DNA from: an uncultured Actinomycetota bacterium
GTDB taxonomy: Bacteria; Actinomycetota; Actinomycetes; Streptosporangiales; Streptosporangiaceae
DNA length: 64,000 nucleotides
Reading direction: 5' to 3'
Assembly: GCA_963726425.1 (NCBI GenBank)
Contig: CAVSCN010000024.1
Span: 74,701-138,700, forward strand
A program made the position numbers and the translations under genes. Numbering within the stretch: the stretch's first letter is position 1; each line of letters opens with the position of its first letter. Positions 52,588 to 63,722 of the stretch are shown here, in pieces. The notes beneath the pieces were generated by a model, which did no database searches, was not told where the DNA came from, and saw nothing but the letters and a program-made list of their open reading frames with translations.

Positions 52588-53151
52588 TGGCCTGGCACCC
52601 GCCCGCCCCGCGCAGCACCGGACCGCGCGGGGCGGGCTCAGCCGGCCGCGCGGGCCGCCTCGACGGTGACCATCCGCTCCATCAGGTCGGCCGCCACGCC
52701 GCCGACCATGATCGCCAAAGAAATAATGGCTAAAGTCTAAACGGACTGAACCGCCTAATAACGCCCCATAAATCTCCTGACTTAGTGTGTAGTTCCGGTA
52801 ACGGAGGGCACCAGACCTCCCAATCATTCGAAAGTTGCAGACCGCAATGCCGGCCAGCGCCAGCACGAGGGGCGGCCGGAACGGTCTTATGCCGCAACTC
52901 CGGGCCCGCCGCGCCAGCGGATTTCGCGGTACCGGTGCCGGCCAGATCCAGGCCGCCCCGGGCCAGCGCGGAAAGCGCCAGCACAGTGCCGGCAAATCGG
53001 AATGCCCCAGCCTGTAGTAGCGCAGATGTGCGCGCACATGGGTCCGGCCGTGTCTGCGGAGGGGAGGGCACGGCCGTACCTGCGCCACCGGCCGGGGACA
53101 CGCTGGCGCTGCCGTCGGGTTGTCGGCGCCCGCAGGTAGGCTCTCGGCCTT

Positions 53152-54892
53152 GTGACCATCCCCGCCCCGGCTGCCGCAGCCGACTCGCGCCCGATGTTCA
53201 GCCCCGGTCAGGCCGGATCTGCTGCCGCCACTGCGGAGCTGGCAGCGGGCCGCGTACGACGCATATTTCCGCGCCAGCCAGCGCGACTTCCTCCTGGTCG
53301 CGACGCCCGGCGCGGGCAAGACGACATTCGCCCTGACCCTCGCGGCCGAGCTGCTGGCACGGCGTGAGGTGGCTGCCGTAACGGTCGTGACGCCGACCGA
53401 GCACCTCAAGCATCAGTGGGCCAGGGCCGCGCACCGGATGGGAATCGCGATCGACCCCGCGTTCAGCAACGCGCAGGGCAGGGCGGCGGCCGACTTCAAT
53501 GGCGTCGCGGTCACCTACGCGCAGGTCGCCGCCCATCCGGCGCTGCACATGCAGCGCACGCTGGCCCGTCGAACCCTGGTGATCTTCGACGAGATCCACC
53601 ACGCCGGGGACGCACTGTCCTGGGGCGAGGCGGCCCGCACCGCGTTCGACCCGGCCCGGCGGCGTCTCGGCCTGACTGGCACGCCGTTTCGCAGCGACAC
53701 CAACCCGATCCCGTTCGTGACCTATGCCCGCGACGCCGACGGGTCGCTGCGCAGCACGGCCGACTACACCTACGGTTACGGCCCGGCGCTCGCCGACGGC
53801 GTCGTCCGGCCGGTCATCTTCCTCGCCTATTCCGGCGAGATGCGCTGGCGCAACCGGGCCGGCGACGAGCTCGGCGGCACGCTCGGTGCGCCGATGACGC
53901 CGGATCAGCTCGGCTACGCGTGGCGGACGGCGCTCGACCCGGGCGGCGCGTGGATCGCCCGCGTGCTGGAGGCCGCCGACCGGCGGCTCAGCGAGGTGCG
54001 GCGCGGCATGCCGGACGCGGCCGGGCTCGTCATCGCCAGCGACCACGCGGATGCCCGCGAGTACGCGCGGCTGCTGCAGCAGATCAGCGGCGCCCGACCC
54101 GTCGTCGTGCTGTCCGATGACCCGGCGGCGAGCAAGAAGATCGCGAGATTCGCCGCGTCGGGCGACCAGTGGATGGTCGCCGTCCGGATGGTGTCCGAGG
54201 GCGTGGACATTCCGCGGCTCGCGGTGGGCGTGTACGCGACGAGCGTCGGCACCGCCCTGTTCTTCGCCCAGGCCGTCGGCCGGTTCGTACGCGCCCGGCA
54301 GCGGGGCGAGACCGCGTCGGTGTTCCTGCCGTCCATCCCGCCGCTGCTCGGGTACGCCGCCGAGCTTGAGGCCGAGCGCGACCACGTGCTCGAGCGGCAC
54401 GGCGCACCGGCGGAGGAGGACGCCGAGCTGGAAGCGGCCAGGCGCGAGCGCGACACCGCCGACGACCTGGAGGCCGCCGAGTTCCGGGCGCTGGAGGCGT
54501 CGGCGCACTTTGACCGGGTGCTGTACGACGGCGCGGAGTTCGGCGTCAGCGCCGAGGAGGAGGACTTTCTCGGGCTGCCGGGGCTGCTCCCGCCCGATCA
54601 GGTAGCGGTCCTGCTGCGCAGCCGGAGAGCCACGGTCACGGTGCCGGCTCAGGCCGCCGCGGAACCGGAAGCCGAGCCGGACCGCGCCACCGCGGGCGAG
54701 TCGCTGACCGCGCTGCGCAAGGAACTGAACGGGCTGGTGGCCGCGCGGCATCACAGCACCGGGCAGCAGCACGGCGTCATTCACGCGGAGCTGCGGCGCG
54801 CGTGCGGCGGGCCCGCCCTCGGCCAGGCGTCGGCCGGGCAGATCCGGTCCAGGATCGAGATGATGCGCAAGTGGGCCTGGACCGGCCAGTGA
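53152..54892 (+). pseudogene. Superfamily-2 DEAD/DEAH-box helicase (ResIII-type N-domain), one frameshift near ~53205
   Basis: Walker A is VATPGAGKTTFALTLAAELL and motif II is IFDEIHHAGD, with a helicase C domain (VRMVSEGVDIPRL). The conserved N-terminal text (VRPDLLPPLRSWQRAAYDAYFRASQRDF) is in the body frame, but that frame has no canonical start upstream of 53369. The only starts (GTG 53152, ATG 53194) are in another frame, across a CCCC run. Confidence 0.85.
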
Positions 54893-54907
54893 TCAGCTGC
54901 CAGTGAC

Positions 54908-55729
54908 TCAGCTTCCGGTAAACCAGGGCGGGCGCTTCTGCCCGAACGCCGCGACGCCCTCGGCGAAGTCCGCCGAGCCGGACATCTCCTGCTGGAGCTG
55001 CGCTTCGAGTTCGAGCTGCTCGTCCAGCCGCCCGTAGACCCACGCGTTCAGCGCCCGCTTCGCGCCGGCGTAGGACCGGGTGGGCCCGGCGGCCAGCCGC
55101 AGCGTCAGCTCGTGCGCCCGCGGGATGAGTTCCTCGTCCGGCACGACGCGGTTGATCAGGCCCCAGTCCAGCGCCGCCGGCGCGGGCAGCCGCTCACCGA
55201 GCATCGCCAGCTCCGCGGCCCTGGCCAGGCCGACACGCGACGGCACCAGCGCCGTCGAGCCGCCGTCGGGGATGAGGCCGATGTTGACGAACGCCAGCAG
55301 GAAGTACGCCGACTCCGCCGCGATGATCAGGTCACAGCACAGCGCGAGTGAGCATCCGATGCCCGCGGCCGGGCCGTGCACCGCGGCCACGACCGGCTTG
55401 GGCATCCGCCGGATACCGGTGATGATCGGGTGATACAGCTCGGTCAGCCGGGTGTAGGTGTCGGAGTGCCCGGCCTCGCCGGGCGCGGGCCGGTCCCGCA
55501 GGTCGGCGCCGCTGGAAAAGCCGCGGCCGGCCCCGGTCACCAGCACGGCGCGGACGGCGGGATCAGCCCCGAGGTCCGCGACCGTACTGCGCAGCGCGAT
55601 GCCGAACGCCCCGTTCCAGGCGTTCATCCGTTCTGGCCGGTGCAGCTCGATCTTGGCGGCGGCGCCGCTGCGGTAGACGCGCAGCACGTCCAGGTCGGCG
55701 GCAAGCTCAAATTCCGAATCAGGCGTCAT
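54908..55729 (-). CDS. Enoyl-CoA hydratase/isomerase (crotonase) family protein
   Basis: Intact 273-aa ORF: VLVTGAGRGFSSGADL, AAVHGPAAGIGCSLALCCDLIIAAESAYF and FVNIGLIPDGG are the canonical crotonase oxyanion-hole segments. Confidence 0.93.
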   Translation of the reverse strand: MTPDSEFELAADLDVLRVYRSGAAAKIELHRPERMNAWNGAFGIALRSTVADLGADPAVRAVLVTGAGRGFSSGADLRDRPAPGEAGHSDTYTRLTELYHPIITGIRRMPKPVVAAVHGPAAGIGCSLALCCDLIIAAESAYFLLAFVNIGLIPDGGSTALVPSRVGLARAAELAMLGERLPAPAALDWGLINRVVPDEELIPRAHELTLRLAAGPTRSYAGAKRALNAWVYGRLDEQLELEAQLQQEMSGSADFAEGVAAFGQKRPPWFTGS

Positions 55730-55794
55730 AGCGGCAAGGGTAGATGCCGGTCCGGTGCGTGCGGCAGGGAGCCGGCGGGCGTAACGTCGGCGGT

Positions 55795-56013
55795 ATGTGC
55801 CGCAGCATCAAGACGCTCCGTGAGCCGTATACACCGAACGTGACCGAGGCGGACGTGCGCGCCGCCGCGCTCCAGTATGTCCGGAAGATCAGCGGGTTTC
55901 GCGCCCCGGCCGGGCACAACGCCGAGGCGTTCGAGCGAGCCGTAGCGACGGTGGCCGAGGCCACCAGGGATCTGCTTGACCACCTAGAGGTGCGCGGCCA
56001 GCGCGCGTCCTGA
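55795..56013 (+). CDS. DUF2277-family small protein
   Basis: ATG 55795 gives MCRSIKTLREPYTPNVTEADVRAAALQYVRKISGFRAPAGHNAEAFERAVATV... (72 aa). The MCRxIKTL...AALQYVRKISG opening is the family hallmark as I remember it. Confidence 0.7.
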   Translation: MCRSIKTLREPYTPNVTEADVRAAALQYVRKISGFRAPAGHNAEAFERAVATVAEATRDLLDHLEVRGQRAS

Positions 56014-56033
56014 CGCCCAGCGGGAGACGGATC

Positions 56034-56445
56034 ATGAGTGACTGGAACACGACGATCATCGACGAGTTCCGCGCCAGCGGCGGCAAGGTCGGCGGCAACT
56101 TCGCGGGTGCGCCGCTGCTGCTCCTGCACACCACCGGCGCCAAGACCGGCCAGGAGCGGGTCAACCCGATGATGTACCGCCAGGTCGGGGACAGCTACGC
56201 GGTGTTCGCCTCCAAGGCCGGGCGCGCCCACGAACCCGGACTGGTACCACAACCTGGTGGCCAATCCTGCGGTCACCGCGGAAATCGGGACGCAGACCCT
56301 GCCCTTCAACGCGCGGGTGGCGTCCGGCGAAGAGCGGGCGGAGATCTGGACGGCGCAGAAGGCCGATTACCCGGGCTTCGCCGACTACGAGACCAAGACG
56401 ACCCGGCAGATCCCGGTCGTCATCCTGGACGAGCCCGCGAGCTAA
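56034..56445 (+). pseudogene. Deazaflavin (F420H2)-dependent nitroreductase-family protein (Ddn-like), one frameshift near ~56225
   Basis: MSDWNTTIIDEFRASGGKVGGNFAGAPLLLLHTTGAKTGQERVNPMMYRQVGDSYAVFASKAG is in ORF 56034... It continues as ...NLVANPAVTAEIGTQTLPFNARVASGEERAEIWTAQKADYPGFADYETKTTRQIPVVIL in ORF 56257..56445. Confidence 0.85.
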
Positions 56446-58295
56446 GGCAGCAGCGTCACCTCGGCGCGCTGCAGCTGCTGACCCGGACCAGACACCTCCA
56501 CGGTCAGGACGACCTGCCCGGTCGAGCCCGTCAGCTCGACCGTCGCGGTGCTGGTGCCGTCCCCGGCCGCCCAGCCGCCCGGCTGGCACTGCGCCGGCCC
56601 AGGCCGCGGCTAGCCGTAGCTGCCGCAGGTCGGCGCCCGGCGCGACCGCCAGGTCGGCCGGGCCACTCCGCCGCGCCGGCGTTGATCGTCGCGATGACCG
56701 CCGCCGTGGTCTTGGCCAGCGCCGAATCCGGTGCCGGCGGGACGGCAAGGACCACCTGCTGCACCCGCGCCTCGCGTGAGCGGCGCCAGCTTGATCTGCA
56801 CGCTCGCGCTGCCGCGCGGGCCGGTCAGCCACCACCGGCAGTGCGCGGGCGAGTCAAACTCGGCCGCCCGGTCCGGATCCGGCGCGAACTCGCCGATCCG
56901 CTCGCGCAGCCGGGCGATGTCGGCCCGGCGCTGCGCCAGCGGCCGGTCCTGCGCGACGTTCGGCGGTGAACAGGCTCGGCCGGCCACTTCGTCGTCCCAG
57001 TCCTGCAGCAGGCCGTTGACGGCGTCCTGCGCCGCGAGGGTGTCGCGCCACGGCCCGGCCGCGCCGGTGCGGTCCGTTCCAGTGGCATGCGTGCCAGTCG
57101 CGTCCGTGCTAGTGCCATCCGCGCCAGCGCCGTCGGCCTCAGTGCCCTCGGCGACCGGGACCGGGCCGCGCATCCGGTAGCCCGCCGCCGGGACGGCTCT
57201 GCGAGCGCGGCCGCGGCCAGCAGCTCGCCGGCCAGCGCGCCCGCGGCCGCGTAGGTGCCGTTCGCCAGCACGATCGCGCCGACGCCGGTCGCCAGATGCC
57301 AGCGCATGTGACTGCCGTAGCCCGGATAGCCGCCGCTGTGCTGCACGATGCTGCCCGTACGCCAGGTCGTCCTCGGCGAACAGGCCGAAGCCGTAGCTGA
57401 TGGAGGCCGGGCCGGTGTAGCGGATCCCGGGCTGTGCCGCCGCCGACCGGGATGTCGACGTGCGCGAGCTGCATCTCCCGCCGAGCCGACCGGGCCAGCG
57501 GATGACGGCCGCCCGTCGCCCGCGCGCGCCGGGAAGGCGTCCGCGAAGCCCGCCGACCCAGCGGGCCAGGTCGCGGACGCAGCTGAAGACGCCGCCCATC
57601 GAGGCGAATGCGCCGGACGGATCGGGCGTCAGCTCCAGCCAGCCGCTGTCGTCCCGCCGGTAGCCGCGGGCCAGGTCGTCCGCGCTGAACTCGCTCGCTT
57701 CGAATCCGGTGCGGTCGAGGCCGAGCGGGGCGAGCAGCATCTCCCGGATCGCGTCCTCGTACGCGCTGCCCGGTGACCGTCGCGATGATCCGCCCGAGCA
57801 GCGCGTAGCCGAGGTTGGAGTACTCGAACCGGGTGCCGGGCGCCCAGCAACAGCGCACGCCGCCGCCGGCGATCAGCGCGTCGAAGTCGGCCAGCGGCAG
57901 TCCCTGCTGCCGGTCGCCCCACGGATCGTCGGTGGGGAAACCCGCCGTCATCGTGAGCAGCCGCCGGATCGTCAGCGGGCGGCAGTCCGCGGCCGGCAGC
58001 CGCAGGCCGCGCAGCTGCGGCAGGTAGACCTGCGCGGGGTCGTCCAGCGCGGAGCGCGCCGTCCTCGCGCAGCAGCATGATGGCCGAGGCCGTGAAGCTC
58101 TTGGTCATCGACGCGATCCGGAAGACCGTGTCCGCGTGTGGCACCGGGCCGCCGGTAAACGCCGCGCCGATGCCGCCCGCGTGCACCAGCTCGCCGCCGG
58201 CGACTAACCCGTAGGCGAGCCCCGGCTGGCCGCCGCGCGCCGCGAACCGGCCGCGATTTCGTCGACCGCTCTGTCCACCCGCCGTCCACCGTCAC
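56442..58295 (-). pseudogene. Serine hydrolase (beta-lactamase/PBP-like, SxxK) with C-terminal extra domain, at least 5 frame changes
   Basis: The active-site motif [12 protein letters not shown] is in ORF 57629..58186. [15 protein letters not shown] is in 57139..57951. [52 protein letters not shown] is in 56610..57740. Further pieces lie in 56825..57346 and 56531..56764. The C-terminus ...VELTGSTGQVVLTVEVSGPGQQLQRAEVTLLP* ends at 56442. Confidence 0.82.
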
Positions 58296-58343
58296 CTGCA
58301 GCCTCGCTCTCGTGTCGTCGCTGATCCGGCTGCGGGCGACCGA

Positions 58344-58981
58344 TCAGCCAGCCGACCCCGCGAGCGCGAGGTCCGCGGAGACAGTCTCGTCGGCCAGGTC
58401 GAGCAGCCGGCAGCCGGCCCTGATCTCGAACCGCGCCTGGGCCGGCGAGGCGACCCCGGACAGCCACCGCCGGGTGGCCGCGCCGAAGATCGCCTGCACC
58501 ACCGGCAGCAGTCTGCGCTGCTGTTCGCTGAGCGGCTGCCCGCCGCCGGCCACGTGCTCCAGCATCTGCAGGTGCAGCTGCTCGGTCCGCTCCAGGACTT
58601 CACTGTAGCTACGGCTCGTCTCGCTGATGACCCGGACCAGCGCCGCGGTCAGCCGCGGCTCGCGCTGCTCCGCGCGGAACTCGCGGAGCAGGTGGCTGGT
58701 CACCCGCTCGCGCGCGGTGCGCGCCGCGCTGCAGCCTGCCCGGTGACGCGGCCGAGGGCGGCCGAGTAGCGGCTGTGCAGGATCGCCAGCAGCACGTGAT
58801 CCTTGGCCGGGAAGTACCGGTACAGCGTCGCCACCGAGACGCCCGCCCGCTGCGACAGCTCCTTCATCTGGAGCGCGTCCTCACCGCCGGCTTCGAGCAT
58901 CGCGGTGGCCGCAGCCAGGATCCGGTCGTGCCTGCCGTGTTGCGCGGCAGTCGACGGAATCGCCGGTCCTGCCTGTGGCAC
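58344..58981 (-). pseudogene. TetR-family transcriptional regulator, one frameshift near ~58715
   Basis: The HTH (RILAAATAMLEAGGEDALQMKELSQRAGVSVATLYRYFPAKDHVL) is in ORF 58700..58981. The ligand-domain helices are in ORF 58344..58703. Confidence 0.85.
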
Positions 58982-59026
58982 CGCTGACCCGCTTTCTGGA
59001 ATCCGTTCTGCTTTCAGTCCCGGCCG

Positions 59027-60116
59027 CTAGATCCCGAGTGCGTCCGCGAGCCGGTCGAGCTGCTCGCCCGGCGCGCCGAGCAGCACCTTGTTCGACAGGC
59101 CGTTCTTGTAGTAGAGGTGCGCGTCGTGCTCCCAGGTGAAGCCGATGCCGCCGTGCAGGTGCACGGTGTCGACCGCGCGTCCGAGTACGCGGCCGAAAGC
59201 AGCACCCGGGCTACCGACGACGCGGCCGGGAACCGGCCGGGATCCTCGTCGGCTGCTCTGGCGGCGTCGCGCAGGGCGGCATAGCCGAGCTCCCACGACT
59301 TGTCCATGTCGGCCAGCCGGTGCTTGACCGCCTGGAACGCGCCGATCGGCTGTCCGAAGGCCACCCGGATCCTGGCGTAGCTGCTGGTCATCTCGATGCA
59401 CGCGCGCATCGCGCCCGGCCGACTCCGACGCGATCGCGAGGTTGCCCAGATCCTGCGCCGCCGCGAGGGCGGCGGCCGCGTCGCCCGGCCAGCGCGCGGG
59501 CCGGCGTGCCGGCCAGCGAGATCCTGGCCAGCGACCGGCTGTGGTCCACCGCGGTCAGCCGCGTCCGGGTGAGGCCCGCCGCGGCGGCGTCCACCAGATA
59601 GACGGCCAGACCGGAGGGGCCTTCGGCGGGAACGAGCAGCACGCTCGCCTCGGCGCCGTTCAGCACCGGGGACACCGAGCCGGTCAGGGTGACCGCGGCC
59701 GCCGTTCCGCCGACGGTCACGTGCCCGCCGAAGCCGCTCGTCAGCGCCAGCGTCGCGATGATCTCGCCGGCCGCGATCTGCGGCAGCAGCTCGCTCTTCG
59801 CGGCGTCGTCGTCCAGCCGCTGCAGCACCTCGGCCGCGAGCACGCAGCCGAGCAGCGGCGACGCGACCAGCCCGGCACCCAACTCGGTCAGCGCCACCGA
59901 CAGCGCGGCGGCACCGGCGCCCGCGCCACCGTGCTCTTCCGCGATGGTCAGCCCCGCGAGCCCCAGCTGCGCCGTCATCTGCTTCCAGACATCGGCATCG
60001 TAGGGCTGGCCGGACGCCATCAACTGGCGCAGCGAGGTCAGCGGGCTGCGGTCCGCGACGAACTTGCGTACCGAGTCGGCAAGCGCCTGCTCCTCATCGG
60101 TCAGAATCAGTGCCAT
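59027..60116 (-). pseudogene. Acyl-CoA dehydrogenase-family protein, 2 frameshifts
   Basis: ATG 60116 gives MALILTDEEQALADSVRKFVADRSPL... (frame of ORF 59388..60164). It continues in ORF 59014..59409 (YARIRVAFGQPIGAFQAVKHRLADM) and ORF 59027..59401 (HLHGGIGFTWEHDAHLYYK). Confidence 0.88.
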
Positions 60117-60138
60117 CGATCCAGGCTCCTTGGTTGTC

Positions 60139-61353
60139 TCAGTGCTGGCGCTGCGTGCCGACACGCAGCTGGTTGAACGGGGTCGCCCGGTCGACTCCCG
60201 GGTCCTTGGCCAGGCCGAGCACGCGCTCGCCGATGATGTTGCGCTGGATCTCGGCCGTGCCGCCCGCGATCGAGTTGCCGGGCGCGGCGACGATCGAGGT
60301 GCTGACCGCCTGCAGGTCTTCGGAGTCGAATCCGGCCAGCTGATCGCCCAGCACGTCGGCTGCGATGTTTCCGGCGAACCTGCTCAGCTCGAGCCGGCCA
60401 GCTTGGCGATCGAGCCGCGGGCACCCGGCGGCCTGCCCGCCTGGGTCTCCTGCCGCAGTAGCAGCGCGAACAGCTGCATGGCCCGGCCGTGCGCGTACAG
60501 CTCGGCCAGCTCGCGCCGTACGCCCTGGTCGCTGGTGCGGCCGAGGCCCGCGGCCAGGTCGCGCAGCGAGTCGAAGGCAAGCGGGCTGGTCCGTGACGAG
60601 CCCATCGTGCCGATCGCGATGCGCTCGTGCCGCAGCATCACCACGGCCGCCGCCCAGCCCTTGTTCTCCTCGCCGATGATCGCTTCGGCGGGCAGCCGGA
60701 CGTTGTCGAAGAAGACCTCGTTGAACGGGGAGTGGCCGGTCGCCACCTTCAGCGGGCGCACGGTGACGCCGGGTGCGTGCATGTCCACGATGAACATGCT
60801 GATGCCCTCGTGCTTGGGCTTGGCCGGGTCGGTCCTGGCCAGGATCGCGCCGTAGTCGCTGTACTGGGCGCCCGACGTCCACACTTTCTGCCCGTTCAGC
60901 ACCCACTCGTCGCCGTCCCGGACCGCGCTGGTCTGCAGGCTGGCGACGTCCGAGCCGGCCCCCGGCTCGGAGAACAGCTGGCACCAGATCTCCTCGCCGC
61001 GCAGCATCTTCGGCAGGAAGCGCTGCTTCTGCGCGTCGGTGCCGACCTCCAGGATCGTGTTGCCCGGCATGCTCAGCCCGATGAAGAAGACGCCGGTCGG
61101 CAGGTCGTAGTCCCGCGACTCCTGGCTCCAGGCGATCTGCTCGGCGCTGGTCAGGCCCTGACCGCCGTATTCCTCCGGGCCAGGTGAGGCCCGCGAATCC
61201 GGCGTCGTAGAGCTTGGCCTGGAACGCCTTCTGCTCCGCGATGACGGCGTCCTGGCCCCGCGTCTCGGCTTCGGCCTCGTCGTCGGCCGACGCCCGGCGC
61301 GGCGCGTTGGCCTCCAGCCACGCGCGTGCCCGGGCGCGGAAGTCCTCGCTCAT
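60139..61353 (-). pseudogene. Acyl-CoA dehydrogenase-family protein, 2 frameshifts
   Basis: ATG 61353 gives MSEDFRARARAWLEANAP...KAFQAKLYDAGFAGLTWP. The middle is in ORF 60384..61070 (RFLPKMLRGEEIWCQLFSEPGAGSDVASLQTSAVRDGDEWVLNGQKVWTSGAQYSDYG). The C-terminus returns to the first frame (SIAGGTAEIQRNIIGERVLGLAKDP). Confidence 0.9.
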
Positions 61354-61398
61354 TTGGCACACCTCTCGTTACTGCCGGTGCCACCCGACAGGCCGAAA

Positions 61399-61412
61399 AA
61401 CTGAAATCAGTT
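61399..61412. promoter_or_regulatory. Inverted repeat in the ACAD / MBL divergent promoter gap (candidate TetR-type operator)
   Basis: AACTGA-aa-TCAGTT is a perfect 6+6 repeat inside the only AT-rich stretch (GAAAAACTGAAATCAGTTATACTTCTTTG) of the 192-nt gap between starts 61353 (-) and 61546 (+). Confidence 0.35.
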
Positions 61413-61545
61413 ATACTTCTTTGTGTGGCTCCGAGCGAAGCACGGTGCCAGATCCCATGTCAACCAGAGCGTCCTGATCTCTCGCGGCCAGGGCCTGGGT
61501 GAGGTCGCGCGGTCTTCCGCGCAGGCCGGAAGGACGCCGAAACGA

Positions 61546-62589
61546 ATGCAGGTGACCGGGACGCGGCAGCGGGAGGCCTGGCTCAAGGCGGAGCTCCCGC
61601 CGGTGGAGAAGGTCGCGGGCGGCGTCTGGTCGGTGCCGGTTCCCATCCCGGATAACCCGCTGCGGTACGTGCTGAGCTACCTGATCGAGCACGACGCGGG
61701 CTTCCTGCTCGTGGACCCCGGCTGGAACCACCCGGACAGCTGGCGCGCGCTGAGCGCCGGGATGGCCGCGTGCGAGATCCCGATGACCGCGGTGACCGGC
61801 GTGCTGGTCACGCACGTGCACCCGGACCATCACGGCCAGTCCGGCGTGGTCCGCGAGCACTCGGGCGCCTGGGTCGGCGATGCACCCGCGCGAGGACGCC
61901 TTCCTTGAGCTGCGCGGCGACCGCGGCATGATGCGCGACGGCATGCAGATGTACCTGCGCTGGTGCGGCGCGCCCGACAGCCACCTGCGCGAGCTGACCG
62001 CCAGCCGGCCGCATCAGGGCCAGTCGGCGCCGATGGTCCGGGCCGACCGGCTGATCGAGCACGACGAGCTGATCGACGCCCCCGGCATCCGCCTGCGGGC
62101 GGTCTGGACACCCGGCCACACGCCTGGCCATCTGTGCTTCTACGACGAGGGCCGGGACCTGCTGCTGACCGGGGATCACATCCTGCCGCGGATCACGCCG
62201 AACGTGTCTTCGTACGACATGAGCTCCAACCCGCTCGACGACTACCTGGCGTCGCTGGCCAAGCTGAAGGGACATCCAGCCGGGCCGAGGTGCTGCCCGC
62301 GCACGAGTACCGGTTCGCCGACCTGGACTCCCGGCTTGACGACCTGACCGAGCATCACGAGGAGCGGCTCACCGAGACCGAGGACATCCTGGCCGGAACG
62401 GCGGGCCTGACCGCGTGGCAGGTCGCCACCGGCGTGACGTGGTCACGGGCCTGGTCGGACCTGGCGTCGTTCCAGCGGCAGGCGGCCGTCGGCGAGGTGC
62501 TGTCGCACCTGCGCCAGCTGCAGGCCCGCGGTCTGGCCGCCGAGTCGGATGTCGACGGCGTCGGCATGTGGACGGCGCGCGCGGCCTGA
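61546..62589 (+). pseudogene. MBL-fold metallo-hydrolase (copy 1), 2 frameshifts
   Basis: GGAAGGA precedes ATG 61546. The HxHxDH motif (VTHVHPDHHGQSG) is in ORF 61423..61908. TPGHTPGHLCFYDEGRDLLLTGDHILP is in ORF 61880..62347. The C-terminal winged-helix-like tail is in ORF 61963..62589. Confidence 0.85.
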
Positions 62590-62617
62590 TCCGCGCCCTG
62601 CGAACGAGAGGCTGACC

Positions 62618-63675
62618 TTGACTGATCGCCTGCAGTGGACCGAGGCAGGGCACCTACCTCGTCGCGCCCGGCGTGCACCGGATACCGCTGCCGCTGCCGA
62701 TGGACGGCCTGCGCGCGGTCAACGTGTACGCGATCGAGGCGGCCGGCGGACTGATCCTGATCGACTCCGGCTGGGTGCTGGCCAACTCGCGCGACCTGCT
62801 GGAGCGCTCGCTCGGCAAGCTCGGCGCCGGGCTGCCCGACGTGCGCATGTTCCTGGTCACGCACCTGCACCGGGACCACTTCACGCAGGCGGTCGCGATC
62901 AACAGGGAACTGGGCACGCCGGTCGCCCTCGGCGCGGAGGAGCGGCACTCGATCGGGCGGCTGCTGAGCGGGACGCACCGGCCGCTGAACGCGCAGCTGA
63001 TCCAGCTCGGCCTGGCCGGCGCGGAGTCGATCGTCGGCCGAGCTGCTGACCGATGTTCGGCACCGAGCACGTCGACATGCGCGGCGGAGGGCATCGGCTA
63101 CGGCGAGCCGACCGAGTGGATCACCGCCGGGCACGTCTTCGACCTCGGGGACCGGCAGCTGGAGGCGATCGCCACCCCCGGCCACACCCGCGGGCACCTG
63201 GTCTTCGCCGACCGGGCCGCGGGATTGCTGTTCGCCGGCGACCACGTCCTGCCGCAGATCACGCCGTCGATCGCGTTCGAGGAGGCGCCGCCGGAGTTGC
63301 CGCTGCGCGACTATCTCGAGTCACTGAACGTGGTCCGCCGGATGCCGGACATGATGCTGCTGCCCGCGCACGGCCCGGTGACGTCGAGCGCCGCACGAGC
63401 CGGGTCGACGAGCTGATCGGCGCACCACGACTGACCGGCTCGCCGCGATGGCGGCGGTGCTGGCCGGCGGCGACGGCGTCACCGCCTACCAGGTCGCCGC
63501 GCACGTGCCGTGGACCTCGCGCCAGCGGCACCTGGCGGAGATGGACCCGATGAACAAGATGCTCGCGATCTGCGAGACCGCCTACCACCTGGACCTGCTC
63601 GTGGCCCAAGGCGCCGCGACGAGCGCCGTGACCGACGGCGTCAAGCGGTACGTGCTGACCGCTCCCGGCGCATAG
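62618..63675 (+). pseudogene. MBL-fold metallo-hydrolase (copy 2, tandem paralog), at least 3 frameshifts
   Basis: The TTG 62618 region (LTDRLQWTEAG) continues in ORF 62673..63416 (VHRIPLPLPMDGLRAVNVYAIEAAGGLILIDSG...VTHLHRDHF...TPGHTRGHLVFADRAAGLLFAGDHVLP) and ORF 63448..63675 (tail). The domain order is the same as copy 1. Confidence 0.85.
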
Positions 63676-63722
63676 AACAGGCCCGGACGGCAGCGCCGTC
63701 CGGGCCCGCACTGTGCGTCGTG

